DNA of 64,000 bases. It comes from Candidatus Thorarchaeota archaeon. Its GTDB lineage: Archaea; Asgardarchaeota; Thorarchaeia; Thorarchaeales; Thorarchaeaceae. A program made the translations under genes and the position numbers. Below, one piece after another: positions 20,646 through 31,900 of this stretch. The DNA lies in the NCBI GenBank assembly GCA_046482545.1, contig JAWOEX010000035.1, forward strand, positions 32,001 through 96,000. Direction: 5' to 3'. The notes below the pieces were generated by a model. It did not search any database. It was not told the DNA's origin and worked only from the letters and a program-made list of their open reading frames with translations. Each line of letters starts with the position of its first letter. Positions within the stretch are counted from its first letter, which is position 1.

Positions 20646-21589
20646 TAATCTCGCCTCGCTACAGTCAATTGGCTATCAGATTTCTTGGAGAAAAGCAAGT
20701 CTCGCAAGTCGTCAGGTAGCGTAGGCCTATTAACGGATGCAGATTCTAAAGCTTGTCTGAGTTCCGAGATATAATGCTTCAGAAGGAGCCGCATAAGGCC
20801 TAGTTTCTGTCTTTCCTTTGAAACCCAGAGACTAAAGACGCCATGTGGAACATCGTAAATGAAATGATGCCGTTCGTTGGTTTCACAGAGCACGGTATGG
20901 AGCTTGCTGTTTCGCAAGGTACGAATGACCTGCTCTGAGGCATCATGAAGTGCAAAAGACATTGCAGCAAGTCGATTGCTCGTGAAACCGTCTAGTGATA
21001 TCCGAACTCCGCCACTCAGTGCCAAGAAAGTCGAATCAACGTGAGATATATTATCATGAACTTGTCGAAGGATGCCTTTTAGCTCAGAAGTCTGTTTCCG
21101 GGTTAGTGATATGACTTCCCGGTCAATTCGTTGGCCGTCTTCTTTGCGTTCAGCAACTGCAAAACCCCGAAGTACATGACGGGTTTCATCTACACTAAAG
21201 GATCGCAAGGGAGGAAGAGAACCATCCATTTGTTCCTTTAGGAGATATGATATTCGAGAGAGAGTACTGCGCATCTCAATGAATAGGGCAGCTAAATTGA
21301 CTCTGGGGGCCGTTGTTATTGTTAAGAAGTAATCAGGATTATGGGGCAGAGAAGCCAAGAATACCTTCGACGTATCTGATTCCATCAACAGATATTTGAA
21401 ATCTCTGTGCACTAGTCTAACAACACCAAATATCCCACACGCCGCAGAAGCTACTGCAAATACCTCATCTTTGCTAAACCAAATACCGGCACTGGCTACT
21501 GGCAATCCATCTTTCTGTATGAGGACGACATTTTCCACTCCAGTAATCAACCGGATATTCTGTAGCGAATCATTGAGTTCGTCAGTCAA
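20645..21589 (-). CDS. Tandem roadblock/LC7 (MglB-like) domain protein
   Basis: GVENVVLIQKDGLPVAS..NLAALF and a second repeat STFLALSGGV..KLGLM. Confidence 0.8.
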   Translation of the reverse strand: MTDELNDSLQNIRLITGVENVVLIQKDGLPVASAGIWFSKDEVFAVASAACGIFGVVRLVHRDFKYLLMESDTSKVFLASLPHNPDYFLTITTAPRVNLAALFIEMRSTLSRISYLLKEQMDGSLPPLRSFSVDETRHVLRGFAVAERKEDGQRIDREVISLTRKQTSELKGILRQVHDNISHVDSTFLALSGGVRISLDGFTSNRLAAMSFALHDASEQVIRTLRNSKLHTVLCETNERHHFIYDVPHGVFSLWVSKERQKLGLMRLLLKHYISELRQALESASVNRPTLPDDLRDLLFSKKSDSQLTVARRD

Positions 21590-21764
21590 GATTTTGGCTC
21601 CGAACTGGTGTGTAGTTCAAAGTAGACTTTTCGACAATGGTATTTAATCACCACACAGTAGATGGAAAGAGAAATCACGCGGGAATCGTCTATGGGAACC
21701 TTAAACGAATATGAGAGAATGGATTACCAACAATATGAAATATCGTCAATTCGCTAAGAAATAA

Positions 21765-23090
21765 CTACATGTGAATCAGAGCAGCATCGGGAACCTCTTG
21801 GAAAATCTCTCTGGCAGCATGGCCGACTTCTGTTCTATGTTCATCAGTTGTATATACACGTATTACATCAAGATAGACCTTCATCATTTCTGCAATATTG
21901 GAGTAATCGGATAAATTATGGGAGTGTCGCTTCCCGTCAATCAATTCAAAGATATTTACTTCCATTGGATTTAGTTGATGAGGGTTATAGGGTACAGATG
22001 GTAGTGTAGGGACATCAACGATTACTTGAGAGGGAAGGACATCAGCAATTGAAGCGATATCTTCCTCTATGCTTCCTCGAACTTTCGGTTTTGTCAGAAT
22101 CTTTGAAACAAAATGATCTTTCGTGTGTAAGACTTTCTCAAATGCAGATTTATACAGAATCCGGTCATCTAGGAGGTTGATAAGTTCTGTAGCCTCTTGA
22201 GCAGCAGGCGAATTCGTTTTATCAATACGGCGTATTTGAGACAGCACGGAATCGTCATGGAGTACCAAGAATTCCTGAGGTGTGGAAAAACTGGTCAATC
22301 CGAGAATCCGGTCAGCAGCCTTCATCATCTGGATAAGCATGATCTCAACGCTTCGAACAGTCTTGTGATAGTATACATTTAGAAACATCTCATATCTTGC
22401 AACTAGGAATGATTCCAAGGCACCTCTAGCGGCCAAATCAAATTCAATCATGCCGTTATCAGAAACAAATATACTGGTAACTAGACGATATATATCTACA
22501 AGTCCGTAATTCACTCCACAATAGAAAGAGTCGCGTATGAGATAATCCATCTTATCCGAATCTACTTGTCCTGCAACAATCCCGCTCAGAACTGCGTCTA
22601 TCTCATTATTTGCTCTTCCTCGTACTAAATCACAGATTCGTTCCTTAGAAGCAGTGCTATCATCCAAGATATCCCCAATTTCACTCTCCCTTATTAGCCA
22701 TTCTGTCACATCTTCATGATTTAATCCACGTTTTTCACCGAGCACCTCTTCGAATACATGACTAAATGGACCATGGCCCAAGTCATGAAGAAGTGCAGCT
22801 ATCCTGACCTCTTGAAGTGTGTCCTCAGACAAATCCATCTGGTTAATGATTCTTCTACCGATTAGACCTGCTACATACATTACACCTAATGAATGACTGA
22901 AACGAGTATGCTCTGCAGTAGGATAAACAAAATGGCCTCCCGAGAGCTGTTTCACATATCTGAGCCGTTGAAAAGCGACTGTATCAATAATTTCCGTTTC
23001 AGTATCTGTGAGACTAATGAAACCATGAACTGGGTCGTTGATGTCAATAGCAAACTCCAAGATAGAACGCTTCCTACGGTTTAGGTTCAA
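21765..23090 (-). CDS. HD-superfamily phosphohydrolase (dNTPase/SAMHD1-like)
   Basis: DPVHG, FQRLR.VKQL, HTRFSHSLG, LLHDLGHGPFSH, DKMDYL.RD, VYYHK. Confidence 0.9.
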   Translation of the reverse strand: MNLNRRKRSILEFAIDINDPVHGFISLTDTETEIIDTVAFQRLRYVKQLSGGHFVYPTAEHTRFSHSLGVMYVAGLIGRRIINQMDLSEDTLQEVRIAALLHDLGHGPFSHVFEEVLGEKRGLNHEDVTEWLIRESEIGDILDDSTASKERICDLVRGRANNEIDAVLSGIVAGQVDSDKMDYLIRDSFYCGVNYGLVDIYRLVTSIFVSDNGMIEFDLAARGALESFLVARYEMFLNVYYHKTVRSVEIMLIQMMKAADRILGLTSFSTPQEFLVLHDDSVLSQIRRIDKTNSPAAQEATELINLLDDRILYKSAFEKVLHTKDHFVSKILTKPKVRGSIEEDIASIADVLPSQVIVDVPTLPSVPYNPHQLNPMEVNIFELIDGKRHSHNLSDYSNIAEMMKVYLDVIRVYTTDEHRTEVGHAAREIFQEVPDAALIHM

Positions 23091-23817
23091 ATGACCTGAT
23101 TTTTCTTATGAGAGTCTCGGTCGTTTCTAGTTCAGATATACATAGAGGAACATGGATACTATCAGCAATTTTGACTGCTAAAGGATCCAGCTCTTCTACT
23201 CCTTGAATCACAACAACTGCAGGTTTGACTGCAACTGATGTACCAATTTGACTTGCTTTTATAGCTACCATGGGAGACCTCCCAGTAGATACATTGGTGA
23301 GAATAGCTGCTCTTTGTGTGGTTCCCCCATACAAACGAAGCAGTTGTTTGGGAGTGAGATTGACAATCGCCTTTACGCTATCCAAAGCCGTGTAACCATA
23401 TATTTCACGGTCAAGTAGGTTACTGTGCGTTAGAATCTTACAATCTAGTTGATCCACTAATAACCTAGCAGGAATTGGAAATCCAAAATCACAACTGTCC
23501 AGAAGTGCGTCCGAAGCAATCTCTGGAGCTAGAAGCTTTTCAAAAGCCATTGCAATCCGGCTACCGTTTTTTGCATCTATGTCGATGAGACCCTCAACGA
23601 ATCGGCGTATAGTACCAACACGTGGCGATTTTCGTCTGCCACTTTCATAGTCACTGATAACGGAGGGGGATACATCCAGATGCTCTGCAAGGTTCTTCTG
23701 CGAAATCTGAAATTTTTCCCGCCAACGTTTCATCACTGCTCCAGGATTATTTTTAGCTAGACATATTTCTCCGGCCATTGCTTCAGCTAAGCGATGGAGC
23801 GTGTCTCCTGGTTCCAT
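23074..23817 (-). CDS. XRE-HTH transcriptional regulator (conserved archaeal family)
   Basis: SPSVISDYESGRRKSP; C-terminal TGRSPMVAI. Confidence 0.85.
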   Translation of the reverse strand: MEPGDTLHRLAEAMAGEICLAKNNPGAVMKRWREKFQISQKNLAEHLDVSPSVISDYESGRRKSPRVGTIRRFVEGLIDIDAKNGSRIAMAFEKLLAPEIASDALLDSCDFGFPIPARLLVDQLDCKILTHSNLLDREIYGYTALDSVKAIVNLTPKQLLRLYGGTTQRAAILTNVSTGRSPMVAIKASQIGTSVAVKPAVVVIQGVEELDPLAVKIADSIHVPLCISELETTETLIRKIRSFEPKP

Positions 23818-23949
23818 GTTATCTAACAGTCAGGGTATTCAGATAAGACTTTTGTAGTGTGGAAGAAGGGTTGTTTTGTAGGTCTCAAGGGAGTATGACA
23901 ACCAAAGGACTCAAAGAGGTATCAGAGATTCATCATCTTGGTTTTGTTG

Positions 23950-24720
23950 ATGTTCTGGACATTCATTGTCGGTACAGCTGGTTCAGGAAAGTCTATGTTA
24001 GCAGCATCGATGGAAAAATGGCTAACATCTTCTGAGATGAGTGTGACCATTGTAAATTTGGATCCCGGCGTTGAATCTACACCATATACAAGTGATGTTG
24101 ACATACGCGAGTATGTAGATTATTGGCAGTTAATGGAGAAATTCAATCTGGGACCAAACGGAGGGTTAGTAGCGTCAATCGATATGGCGGTGAACCAAAT
24201 TGAAAATCTCAGACAAGAAATATTGGACATGGGAAGAGACTATGTTATTGTAGATTGCCCAGGCCAGATGGAACTTTTTGCGTATCGTAATTCGGGACCA
24301 TTGATGGTTTCAAGCTTGAAAGGTCAAGATGTTGGCCTTTCGCTCTATCTGTTAGACTCAAATATTGCTCGGACTCCCAAAGGGTACCTGTCTTCTATGT
24401 TACTTGGTGTGTCTATCAATATCCGTTTTGGGCTCCCTCAATTGAGCATACTCAGCAAGCCAGATATTCTCACACAAGACGAAGTTGACCGAGTAGTGGA
24501 ATGGTCAAGTAATCAGTTCATGCTAGAAGAGGCTGTTGACGCTTCCACGCAAGGATTAGTCCGGCAATATTCTAGGTCAATACTAAGGCTTCTTGATGAT
24601 ACACAGAGAGGAACAAGAGTCCTTCCGGTATCCGGGAAAATGATGACCGGTATGGAGCAGCTATACGGGGAGATGCAGCGGATATTCGCTGGAGGAGAAG
24701 ATTACAGCCCAGGATGGTAG
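23950..24720 (+). CDS. GPN-loop GTPase
   Basis: GTAGSGKS, NLDPG, LGPNGG, DCPGQMELF. Confidence 0.93.
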   Translation: MFWTFIVGTAGSGKSMLAASMEKWLTSSEMSVTIVNLDPGVESTPYTSDVDIREYVDYWQLMEKFNLGPNGGLVASIDMAVNQIENLRQEILDMGRDYVIVDCPGQMELFAYRNSGPLMVSSLKGQDVGLSLYLLDSNIARTPKGYLSSMLLGVSINIRFGLPQLSILSKPDILTQDEVDRVVEWSSNQFMLEEAVDASTQGLVRQYSRSILRLLDDTQRGTRVLPVSGKMMTGMEQLYGEMQRIFAGGEDYSPGW

Positions 24721-24729
24721 GATGAGCAA

Positions 24730-25755
24730 TTGCAAGAGTCGTTTGTATTTCTAAGTGGAGAGAACCAATCTCTTGGAAGAAATGAAGTAGAAGCACTATT
24801 AGAAATGCGAGGGGGAACACCAGATATTTCGTGGTTTGGCAGACTAGGAATTTTTGAGGGCGAGGAAAGTCAAACCAAGTTTCTCCGAAATCGAGCTGCG
24901 ATGATCAAGCATAATGGGGTAGTCATCGCCAAAGTCAAAGAGTTTGCTGAAGGAATCGAGCAGATTCCAAAATCGGTAATAGAATCCGTGATTGGGGCTG
25001 ATGAATCATTCCGCATAAGAACACACTCGCTGGATTGGAAAAGCAACATGAAGGTAAGAAAGGAGCTTACTACTCTTCTTGGTGATAGGATACAAGACGT
25101 GACAGGAGCAAATGTGTCCTTGGACAACCCAGACGTGGAATTTCGACTGTTTTTGGTGAAGGGCATGACCATTGTCTGCAAATCTATGAAGTCCATTTTG
25201 CGGCGGCATCTTGTTAAGAAACAGCCTCAAAGACTAGTCTCATTTCATCCTTCAGTTATGAACGCGTTAGTAGCAAGGGCGATGTGCAATCTGGCCCAGC
25301 TCAAGAAGAATGAGATGATGGTTGATCCGTATTGTGGTATAGGAGGAATACTTTTTGAAGCATCACAAATAGGGGCCAATGTCGTGGGGATGGACATCGA
25401 ATGGCTACGTTTACGAGGAGCCGTGAAGAACCTCTCTAGTTTGAAAAATGCAAAATTCAACATCATCCAAGGGGATGCTCAATTCATCCCTGTCAGAGGA
25501 TGTGACAAAATTATTACTGATCCACCATATGGTCGAGCCAGCTCGACATATGGAGCTGAAGCTGAAAATCTTGTCTCTTCGCTATTCGAACAGATACCTA
25601 AGATTCTTGCCGAGGACGGTAAAGCCTGTGTTTGTAGTAGTAGCGAAATGCAGCTAGGTGAGCTAGCCGAGAAAAGAGGTTTGTCTATTGAAAGAAAGGT
25701 CAGTATCAGGGTTCACCGTAGCTTGACTAGAGAAATAGTTGTACTAAAGAGCTAA
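24730..25755 (+). CDS. trm11: tRNA G10 N2-methyltransferase (THUMP + MTase; Trm11/TrmG10)
   Basis: LSGEN, DPYCGIGG, TDPPYG, VHRSLTR. Confidence 0.88.
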   Translation: MQESFVFLSGENQSLGRNEVEALLEMRGGTPDISWFGRLGIFEGEESQTKFLRNRAAMIKHNGVVIAKVKEFAEGIEQIPKSVIESVIGADESFRIRTHSLDWKSNMKVRKELTTLLGDRIQDVTGANVSLDNPDVEFRLFLVKGMTIVCKSMKSILRRHLVKKQPQRLVSFHPSVMNALVARAMCNLAQLKKNEMMVDPYCGIGGILFEASQIGANVVGMDIEWLRLRGAVKNLSSLKNAKFNIIQGDAQFIPVRGCDKIITDPPYGRASSTYGAEAENLVSSLFEQIPKILAEDGKACVCSSSEMQLGELAEKRGLSIERKVSIRVHRSLTREIVVLKS

Positions 25756-26186
25756 GCACGGACTACATCCCCTTTTTCGGTCCGTGGAGAAAACCATCGC
25801 AGGAAGTCATCGAATTCGCTCCGGCTCACAAACGACAGATGAAGCCTTATGGAACCTAATGAGGGCTTATGCTGTGTTTCATCAATTATTCTTAGTCTGC
25901 CTGAGTACGCAGCCTGTTTATCTAGAAGGATATCACTCTCAAGAGATTCGAGATTGCGAATCAGTCTCGTTCGCACAACATCAAGAATCTGCAAGTCATA
26001 GATTAAATCCCGGATTAAGTCAACCGTGCTACGTTTCTCTGAAACAAAAAGCAATGTCCTCAGATGATCTTCCGAAGTAGTTTCGAAAGAGTGATTTCCA
26101 AACAAATTTGTTACTGCAGCTTTTACTCGCTCAATTTCTTCGGTTGGAAAGACCGGACAGTCAATTCTGAGTTTCAATCGATCCAA
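25752..26186 (-). CDS. UPF0201/DUF54 RNA-binding protein
   Basis: VFPTE..ERVKAAV.NLF, KQAAY.G, WFSPRT.KG. Confidence 0.85.
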   Translation of the reverse strand: MDRLKLRIDCPVFPTEEIERVKAAVTNLFGNHSFETTSEDHLRTLLFVSEKRSTVDLIRDLIYDLQILDVVRTRLIRNLESLESDILLDKQAAYSGRLRIIDETQHKPSLGSIRLHLSFVSRSEFDDFLRWFSPRTEKGDVVRA

Positions 26187-26719
26187 AGCTCCTCTATCCT
26201 CTTTCTGGCTAAACTGCGGATTTCTTCAACTGTTCCTTCGTTGACCAGCATTATGTCACTTAGCGCAATTACCCCACCAAGACCAACTGATATCTCTCTA
26301 AAATCTCTCTCTCTGAAAGACTCTTGGTCTATAGGTGCATCCTTTCGGCCGCGATTCTGTAGCCTCTCGAACCTTGTAGAAGGAGATGCATGAACACAGA
26401 GAATTTTTACGCTCTCGGCGAATTCCTCAAAGACTTCAACTTCCGAAAGGCTTCTACAACCTTCAATTGCAACCAGATTGGATTCTATTCCTTCCAGTTT
26501 GGAAACACACCTTTTTGCTACTGCTCCAGGACCATCTTGTTGACGCATATCAAGCATTACGCTTTTCGTGTTGATGGAATCTGGTTTCAACCCCCGCCGT
26601 TTGGTCTCTGTTCTGATGACATCACCCATCACAATAACAGGAACCCCAACTTCACTGAATTCGTTAGCCACTTCGGTCTTTCCAGAGCCAGGCATCCCGG
26701 TAATCAATATTAAGTCCAT
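26174..26719 (-). CDS. UPF0200 P-loop kinase (dephospho-CoA kinase-like)
   Basis: TGMPGSGK, MGDVIR, RGRKDAP, RD.RE...GLG.VIA. Confidence 0.85.
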   Translation of the reverse strand: MDLILITGMPGSGKTEVANEFSEVGVPVIVMGDVIRTETKRRGLKPDSINTKSVMLDMRQQDGPGAVAKRCVSKLEGIESNLVAIEGCRSLSEVEVFEEFAESVKILCVHASPSTRFERLQNRGRKDAPIDQESFRERDFREISVGLGGVIALSDIMLVNEGTVEEIRSLARKRIEELWID

Positions 26720-26970
26720 TGCATTTTGTCTCCACTAGGATAGTCATCGTCTAGAGGGTAGTTCAAGAGAGTAAATACCATTCCTATTTTGTGTTGTATT
26801 CCTAATGGGTTTTAAGAATCAGGTATATCGGCAGCATGTTAAGTTGTTAGATATATCGGATCAAACATCCCTCTCAAGGAGAAGACATAGAGTAGTAACA
26901 GAATAGGATGGGCTCAAGGTTCACAAACACTATTACCCCCAAGATTCGTTCTTGGAAATGGTGATATGAT

Positions 26971-27549
26971 TTGAGTGATTCAGTACGAGCCTTCCTTAGC
27001 ATAGATATTGAGAATGCAGACCTACTTTCGAAAATAAGTAGGATTCAATCAAAGCTCGACCAAGATGCTGCAAAATTGAAACTTGTATCGCGTGAGAATA
27101 TTCACTTTACAATCAAGTTTTTTGGTGATACATCTCTAGCAAGGCTTAAGCAGATAGAGGACAACCTTGAAGGTACATCCTTTGAGAGTTTTACAATTAG
27201 ATTAGAGGAGGTGGGTGTGTTTCCGAATCTTCGACATCCGAAAATCATATGGATTGGTGTCACAAAGAATTCCAAGAGACTTCAGAGATTGAAGAAGAAA
27301 ATAGATGATAGCATTAGAAATCTCGGATACAGACCGGAGCATAGAGAGTATACACCACACGCAACAATAGCCAGGGTGCGTCACGTAAGAAATAAGCGCG
27401 ATATTGTGAGTTCCATTGATAGTCTATCAGATGTGACAATTGGGGAGATGGTTGTTAGTTCTGTTAGGATGAAGAAGAGTACGTTAACCTCTTCTGGTCC
27501 AATATATGATACTTTGTGGGAAATTAGGGCAAGCAGCAAGAAAGCTTGA
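26971..27549 (+). CDS. thpR: RNA 2',3'-cyclic phosphodiesterase / 2'-5' RNA ligase (2H family)
   Basis: Two HxT motifs (HFTIKF, PHATIAR), S.LT..GPIY. Confidence 0.92.
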   Translation: MSDSVRAFLSIDIENADLLSKISRIQSKLDQDAAKLKLVSRENIHFTIKFFGDTSLARLKQIEDNLEGTSFESFTIRLEEVGVFPNLRHPKIIWIGVTKNSKRLQRLKKKIDDSIRNLGYRPEHREYTPHATIARVRHVRNKRDIVSSIDSLSDVTIGEMVVSSVRMKKSTLTSSGPIYDTLWEIRASSKKA

Positions 27550-27556
27550 GAAAGGA

Positions 27557-27661
27557 TGGTGGGCCGGGCGTGACTTGAACACGCGGTCTCATGCACCCCA
27601 AGCATGAATCAGTTTGGCCACCTGATAATATCAGGTAGATACCAAGCTAGACTACCGACCC
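27557..27661 (-). tRNA. tRNA-Pro(GGG), CCA encoded, with 28-nt BHB intron at 21/22 (intron 27612-27639)
   Basis: Anticodon arm CATGC-TTGGGGT-GCATG, T-arm CGTG-TTCAAGT-CACG; central helix TTGG/CCAA with TAT and ACT bulges. Confidence 0.93.
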
Positions 27662-27765
27662 AAGAGTATGATTCATGCGGTAACTAGAGGGCAAGATAAA
27701 GATTGCCTCTTCATCAAGGTGTCACTTGTCTTTAATTCCTGGTAGGAAGGGAGATTTCCGAGTTG

Positions 27766-27781
27766 TAGAACACGTGTTCTA
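27766..27781. promoter_or_regulatory. Perfect 16-bp palindrome TAGAACACGTGTTCTA, putative operator
   Basis: Intergenic, between divergent tRNA-Pro and HDAC genes; variants at 61229, 61569 and 61784. Confidence 0.55.
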
Positions 27782-27866
27782 AATTCACGTACTTTTGTGT
27801 TTTGCAATATGAAATATATGTAATTCATAAGACAAGAATGGAAAGGCATATTGGCGGAAACTGATC

Positions 27867-28922
27867 ATGTCTACAGGCATCTTCTACCATCCAGTATATG
27901 AGAAACATGTTCTAAGCCCGGGTCACCCAGAAAGACCTGAACGTGTAAAGGCCGCAATTGACCGCTTAGAAAGCGAATCCCTATTGGGCAAGGACAAAGC
28001 AAATCTTGTCAAACCGTCCAGAATAGATTTGGATTCTGTTTACAATATACACGATAAAGAGTACATTATGAATCTCAAGCGGAAATCCGGTCATGGTAGA
28101 GGGTGGTTCACACTTGACACTTCAGTCAATGAATATACATATCAAGCGGCTTTACTAGCCGCTGGGGGAGGAATTGATGCAGTAAAGGGAGTACTTGATG
28201 AATCGTACAAAAATGCATACGTAGTCTGTAGACCCCCGGGACATCATGCAGAACATGCGCGCGCGATGGGCTTCTGTTACATAAACAATATCGCTGTAGC
28301 TGCAAGCTATCTAGTTACTGAAAGGGGAATTAACAGGGTGTTAATATTGGATTATGACGCTCATCATGGTAATGGCACACAGAACGCTTTCTATTCTGAT
28401 GACAGGATTCTATACATCGGCATTCATCAAGATGGGAGAACTCTCTTCCCTGGCTCGGGTTTCCCAGAAGAACTTGGGCGGGGTAAGGGAGAAGGCTATA
28501 ATGTCAATCTCCCCGTGTATCCTGGGAGTGGAGACCAATCCTATTCGGTTGCCTTTGAGGGTGTGATTAATGACCTATTCGAAGTATACCGCCCAGAATT
28601 CCTTCTAGTTTCAGCAGGATTCGACTGCCATTACAAAGACAGATTGACTAACCTTGGCCTTACCCTGTCAGGAATTGCTGATATCAACTCAAGACTAGTG
28701 ACACTCGCCCGAAAATATACCGGGGGGCGCATTGTCTACTTTCTGGAAGGTGGTTATGAGCTAGATGTTATTGGAAGCGTGTCTTGCAATTTGGTGAGAG
28801 AACTGCTCAGATTTGAGGTAACACCAATGGAAGAAAGACACCAAGAAAAGGAAAAAACTATCAATTATACAAAAACACTAGTCAAAAATGTCAGAGATAG
28901 TCTAAAGGGATTACTATTCTAA
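27867..28922 (+). CDS. Histone-deacetylase-family (class II-like) Zn amidohydrolase
   Basis: HPERPER, RPPGHHA, GFC, DYDAHHGNGTQ, SAGFD, LEGGY. Confidence 0.94.
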   Translation: MSTGIFYHPVYEKHVLSPGHPERPERVKAAIDRLESESLLGKDKANLVKPSRIDLDSVYNIHDKEYIMNLKRKSGHGRGWFTLDTSVNEYTYQAALLAAGGGIDAVKGVLDESYKNAYVVCRPPGHHAEHARAMGFCYINNIAVAASYLVTERGINRVLILDYDAHHGNGTQNAFYSDDRILYIGIHQDGRTLFPGSGFPEELGRGKGEGYNVNLPVYPGSGDQSYSVAFEGVINDLFEVYRPEFLLVSAGFDCHYKDRLTNLGLTLSGIADINSRLVTLARKYTGGRIVYFLEGGYELDVIGSVSCNLVRELLRFEVTPMEERHQEKEKTINYTKTLVKNVRDSLKGLLF

Positions 28923-28972
28923 TAGTAGATCCTTCACTGAACATTGTGATTATTCAGTATGAATGATGTGGT

Positions 28973-31900
28973 TCAACTCTGTGCTCTCTTAACCTTTCCT
29001 TCGCGAGGATTAAAGAGGATTCCTTCAGCTATGAGTTTCTCCATTACTTCCATAGCGCGCTCCCTTGAAAGGCCCATTTCTGAGACTCTTTGAAGTAACG
29101 CTTCTTCGCTAATAGTTGATGAGCCCTCTGACTCCAAATCTTTCATAGCCTTGAGGATTATGTCTGAAGAACTCCGCTGGGCCGCACTCATCGTTGATAC
29201 AAGCCGGTCGATGTCGATTTTTCCAGTAATGCTGTCTAGAGCTACCATACGAAGTGATTCTTCCATTAGGCGAACTGCAGCTTGAGCATCTTCTTTTGTC
29301 ACCTTAGATCTTAAACCCATCTTTGCTCTGGCCTCAGCCAGCCGGACAAGCGATTCAAGCTGACGTGCCGTAATTGGAACCGGGGCGTCGCCGCCTTGTG
29401 CACTTTTTCGAAGGTCAACATAAAAATTCTCAATAACTTCAGCAGCCTCTGCGGTTAGTCTTGGAATTACATATCTATTTGCGTAGCCAATGTATTTCCG
29501 TAGAAATTCGGGATCGATGGGTGGAACACCTTCTTGACTTTTCGTCTTCTTGAGTTGGTGCATTCCCAATATGAACTGTGCAAGTTCGCGATCCTGCTCT
29601 GCTTCTACTGTGTCTACAAGAATCCATAACAAGTCAAATCTCGATAGAATTGTGAAAGGTAACTTGATGTTGTCCTGAACTGAAAGTGAAGGTTCATACC
29701 TACCAAGTGATGGATTTGCGGCTGCAAGTATCGAGGTTCGAGCATTCAATGTGGCTACAATACCGGCTTTTGCGATGCTAACAGTATTGTGAAGAACTAA
29801 ACCTTGTGATATGAAACTCCTTGTTGGCTCCACGGTTATATCGTATACCCAATCCGTTTTGTACTTTCCACTATTCGGAACCTTTTCGATTGATTTTACT
29901 TGCAACCATCTAAAGGAACATAATTTTTCCAAATAATCGATTTTATTCTTAATTTGACGTAAATGGAAAGTATATCCGTGTTCCAATTTTGATAAGGCTT
30001 GTAATCGTCGTTCATCAGAGTAGCCCCCTCGTTCGTAGTAGTCAATGGTTCCTCTTGTTGTTCCTGCAATTTGTGCAATTCGGCTCTGGGTGTAACCTGC
30101 TAGTTTTCTTAGCCGCCTAACATCTGAACCAACTTGAAGACCCAGCAGCTCTTTGTAATTCTCTTTCAAGATTTTGAGATAGTCTTCAACGACTTCAATG
30201 TTAATACTATAATCATACTCAATATGCTGATACAAATAGCCATCACAATTAAGCCCCATTGCTCTAAGACAGTCTTTGATAGTATTTGCTACTTGACCTG
30301 GCAAATTGTCTCGCTTACGATTGGTTCGTTTACTTCTCAAAATCAGCTTGTTGAGTTTGAACCTATATTTTTTCAATTTGTCATTTTTGTTCCCAGAGAT
30401 TATCACCGAGGCGAAGTTTTCGAGACTATCCCCCCTAATATACACTTTATAGCGGGAACGAGATTTTTTTCCATTGCTGTACTCATACTCTTCATTGTGT
30501 ATTCGAGTGTGTATTCCAAGAGTTAGTAGTAGATTTTGATAGTCATGGGCAAGACCCTTAGAATTCGTAGAATATGCACAGGTTTCCGTTTCTATTGAGC
30601 CATTTCCACTGAATGCAGCATTAAGGAAAGCTATTCGAATCTCTTCTGGACAAGCAAATAGTAGCCTCGGTATTCGTTTCTCATAACTGTTTCTCATCAA
30701 GTTGGTAAAATTAGATTCTAAGTAGTCAAACAAGCTGCGAGAAATAATTCGTATAGTTCTGTTTTCTTCAGTACAGTCCAAGGGTTCTATATGAAAAGCA
30801 GATTCTATAACATCAATCATATGAGAAATAATGGTTGGTTCACCATTACTCAATCCAATCTCAGCAGCAGACCCGTCATAGGAACATCCCTCTGTAGCTA
30901 GGTATCCCAAGAAATATGCTAAAGAGGGCGTAATAGTATCTGGAAGATGAACAGGTTTGTGACCAGAATCAAAATCCACATCAAGAGAGATTTCATCAGC
31001 CTCATAGAATACTTCTCTAGGAGATGGTACAAACTCACCCACACTTAGTTGTGAGGCATTAACAGTAGTAATTCCAAAATCATAGACGAACATGGGATGT
31101 TCTGGTGTTACAAGTACAGATCGCCCATTGGAAAACCGGATTTTGTAGAAATAATCTGGTGCTTTATGACGGCTCAATCGATTGATATTAATGGGTTTGA
31201 GTACCTCGAAATCAGTTGATAATATAGGAATACTCTCAGAAAGGGGTAGGATCTCACAGTTAACTCCATCCACTATTCTTTCATGATTTTGTTCAAATCT
31301 CTTATCTACAAATTCACCTATATTGACCAGAGTACCATTTGCAAGAGTAATTTCAGTAGAGGGATGGTAAGAATGCTGTTCCATCGCCTCATGAATTGCT
31401 GTTCTATCATTTGGATCCATTTTGTCAAACTCGTCAATACATGCAATTCCTTGATCAGCCAAGACCAAGGCTCCTGCTTCCAAGGTCATAGCGCCAGTAT
31501 CAGTATCATGAACAACGGCAGCCGTTAGTCCAGCTGCACTCGTACCTTTTCCGGATGTGTAGAGGCTTCGTGATGCCAAGCTTGAAACAAATTTCAATAT
31601 TTGGCTCTTGCCAGTGCCTGGGTCACCAATCATAAGAATATTCGATTTCCCTCTTAGTCGTGTTCCGTCAGGAAGAGTCTTGCCAACACCACCAAACAGG
31701 AGGAGCGCAATTGATTCTTTGATACGTTCATGCCCGTGGATAGACGGAGCAATTGAAGCATAAATCCTCTCATGGACGTATGGGTCTTCCGCCAAATCCC
31801 TAATTCTGTTTTCATCTTCTTCGGTGATATCCACTTGCTCATATTCTTTCTCTGCTATTTCGATACCAACAGCATCAATATGGACATTGAATGTCGCTAG

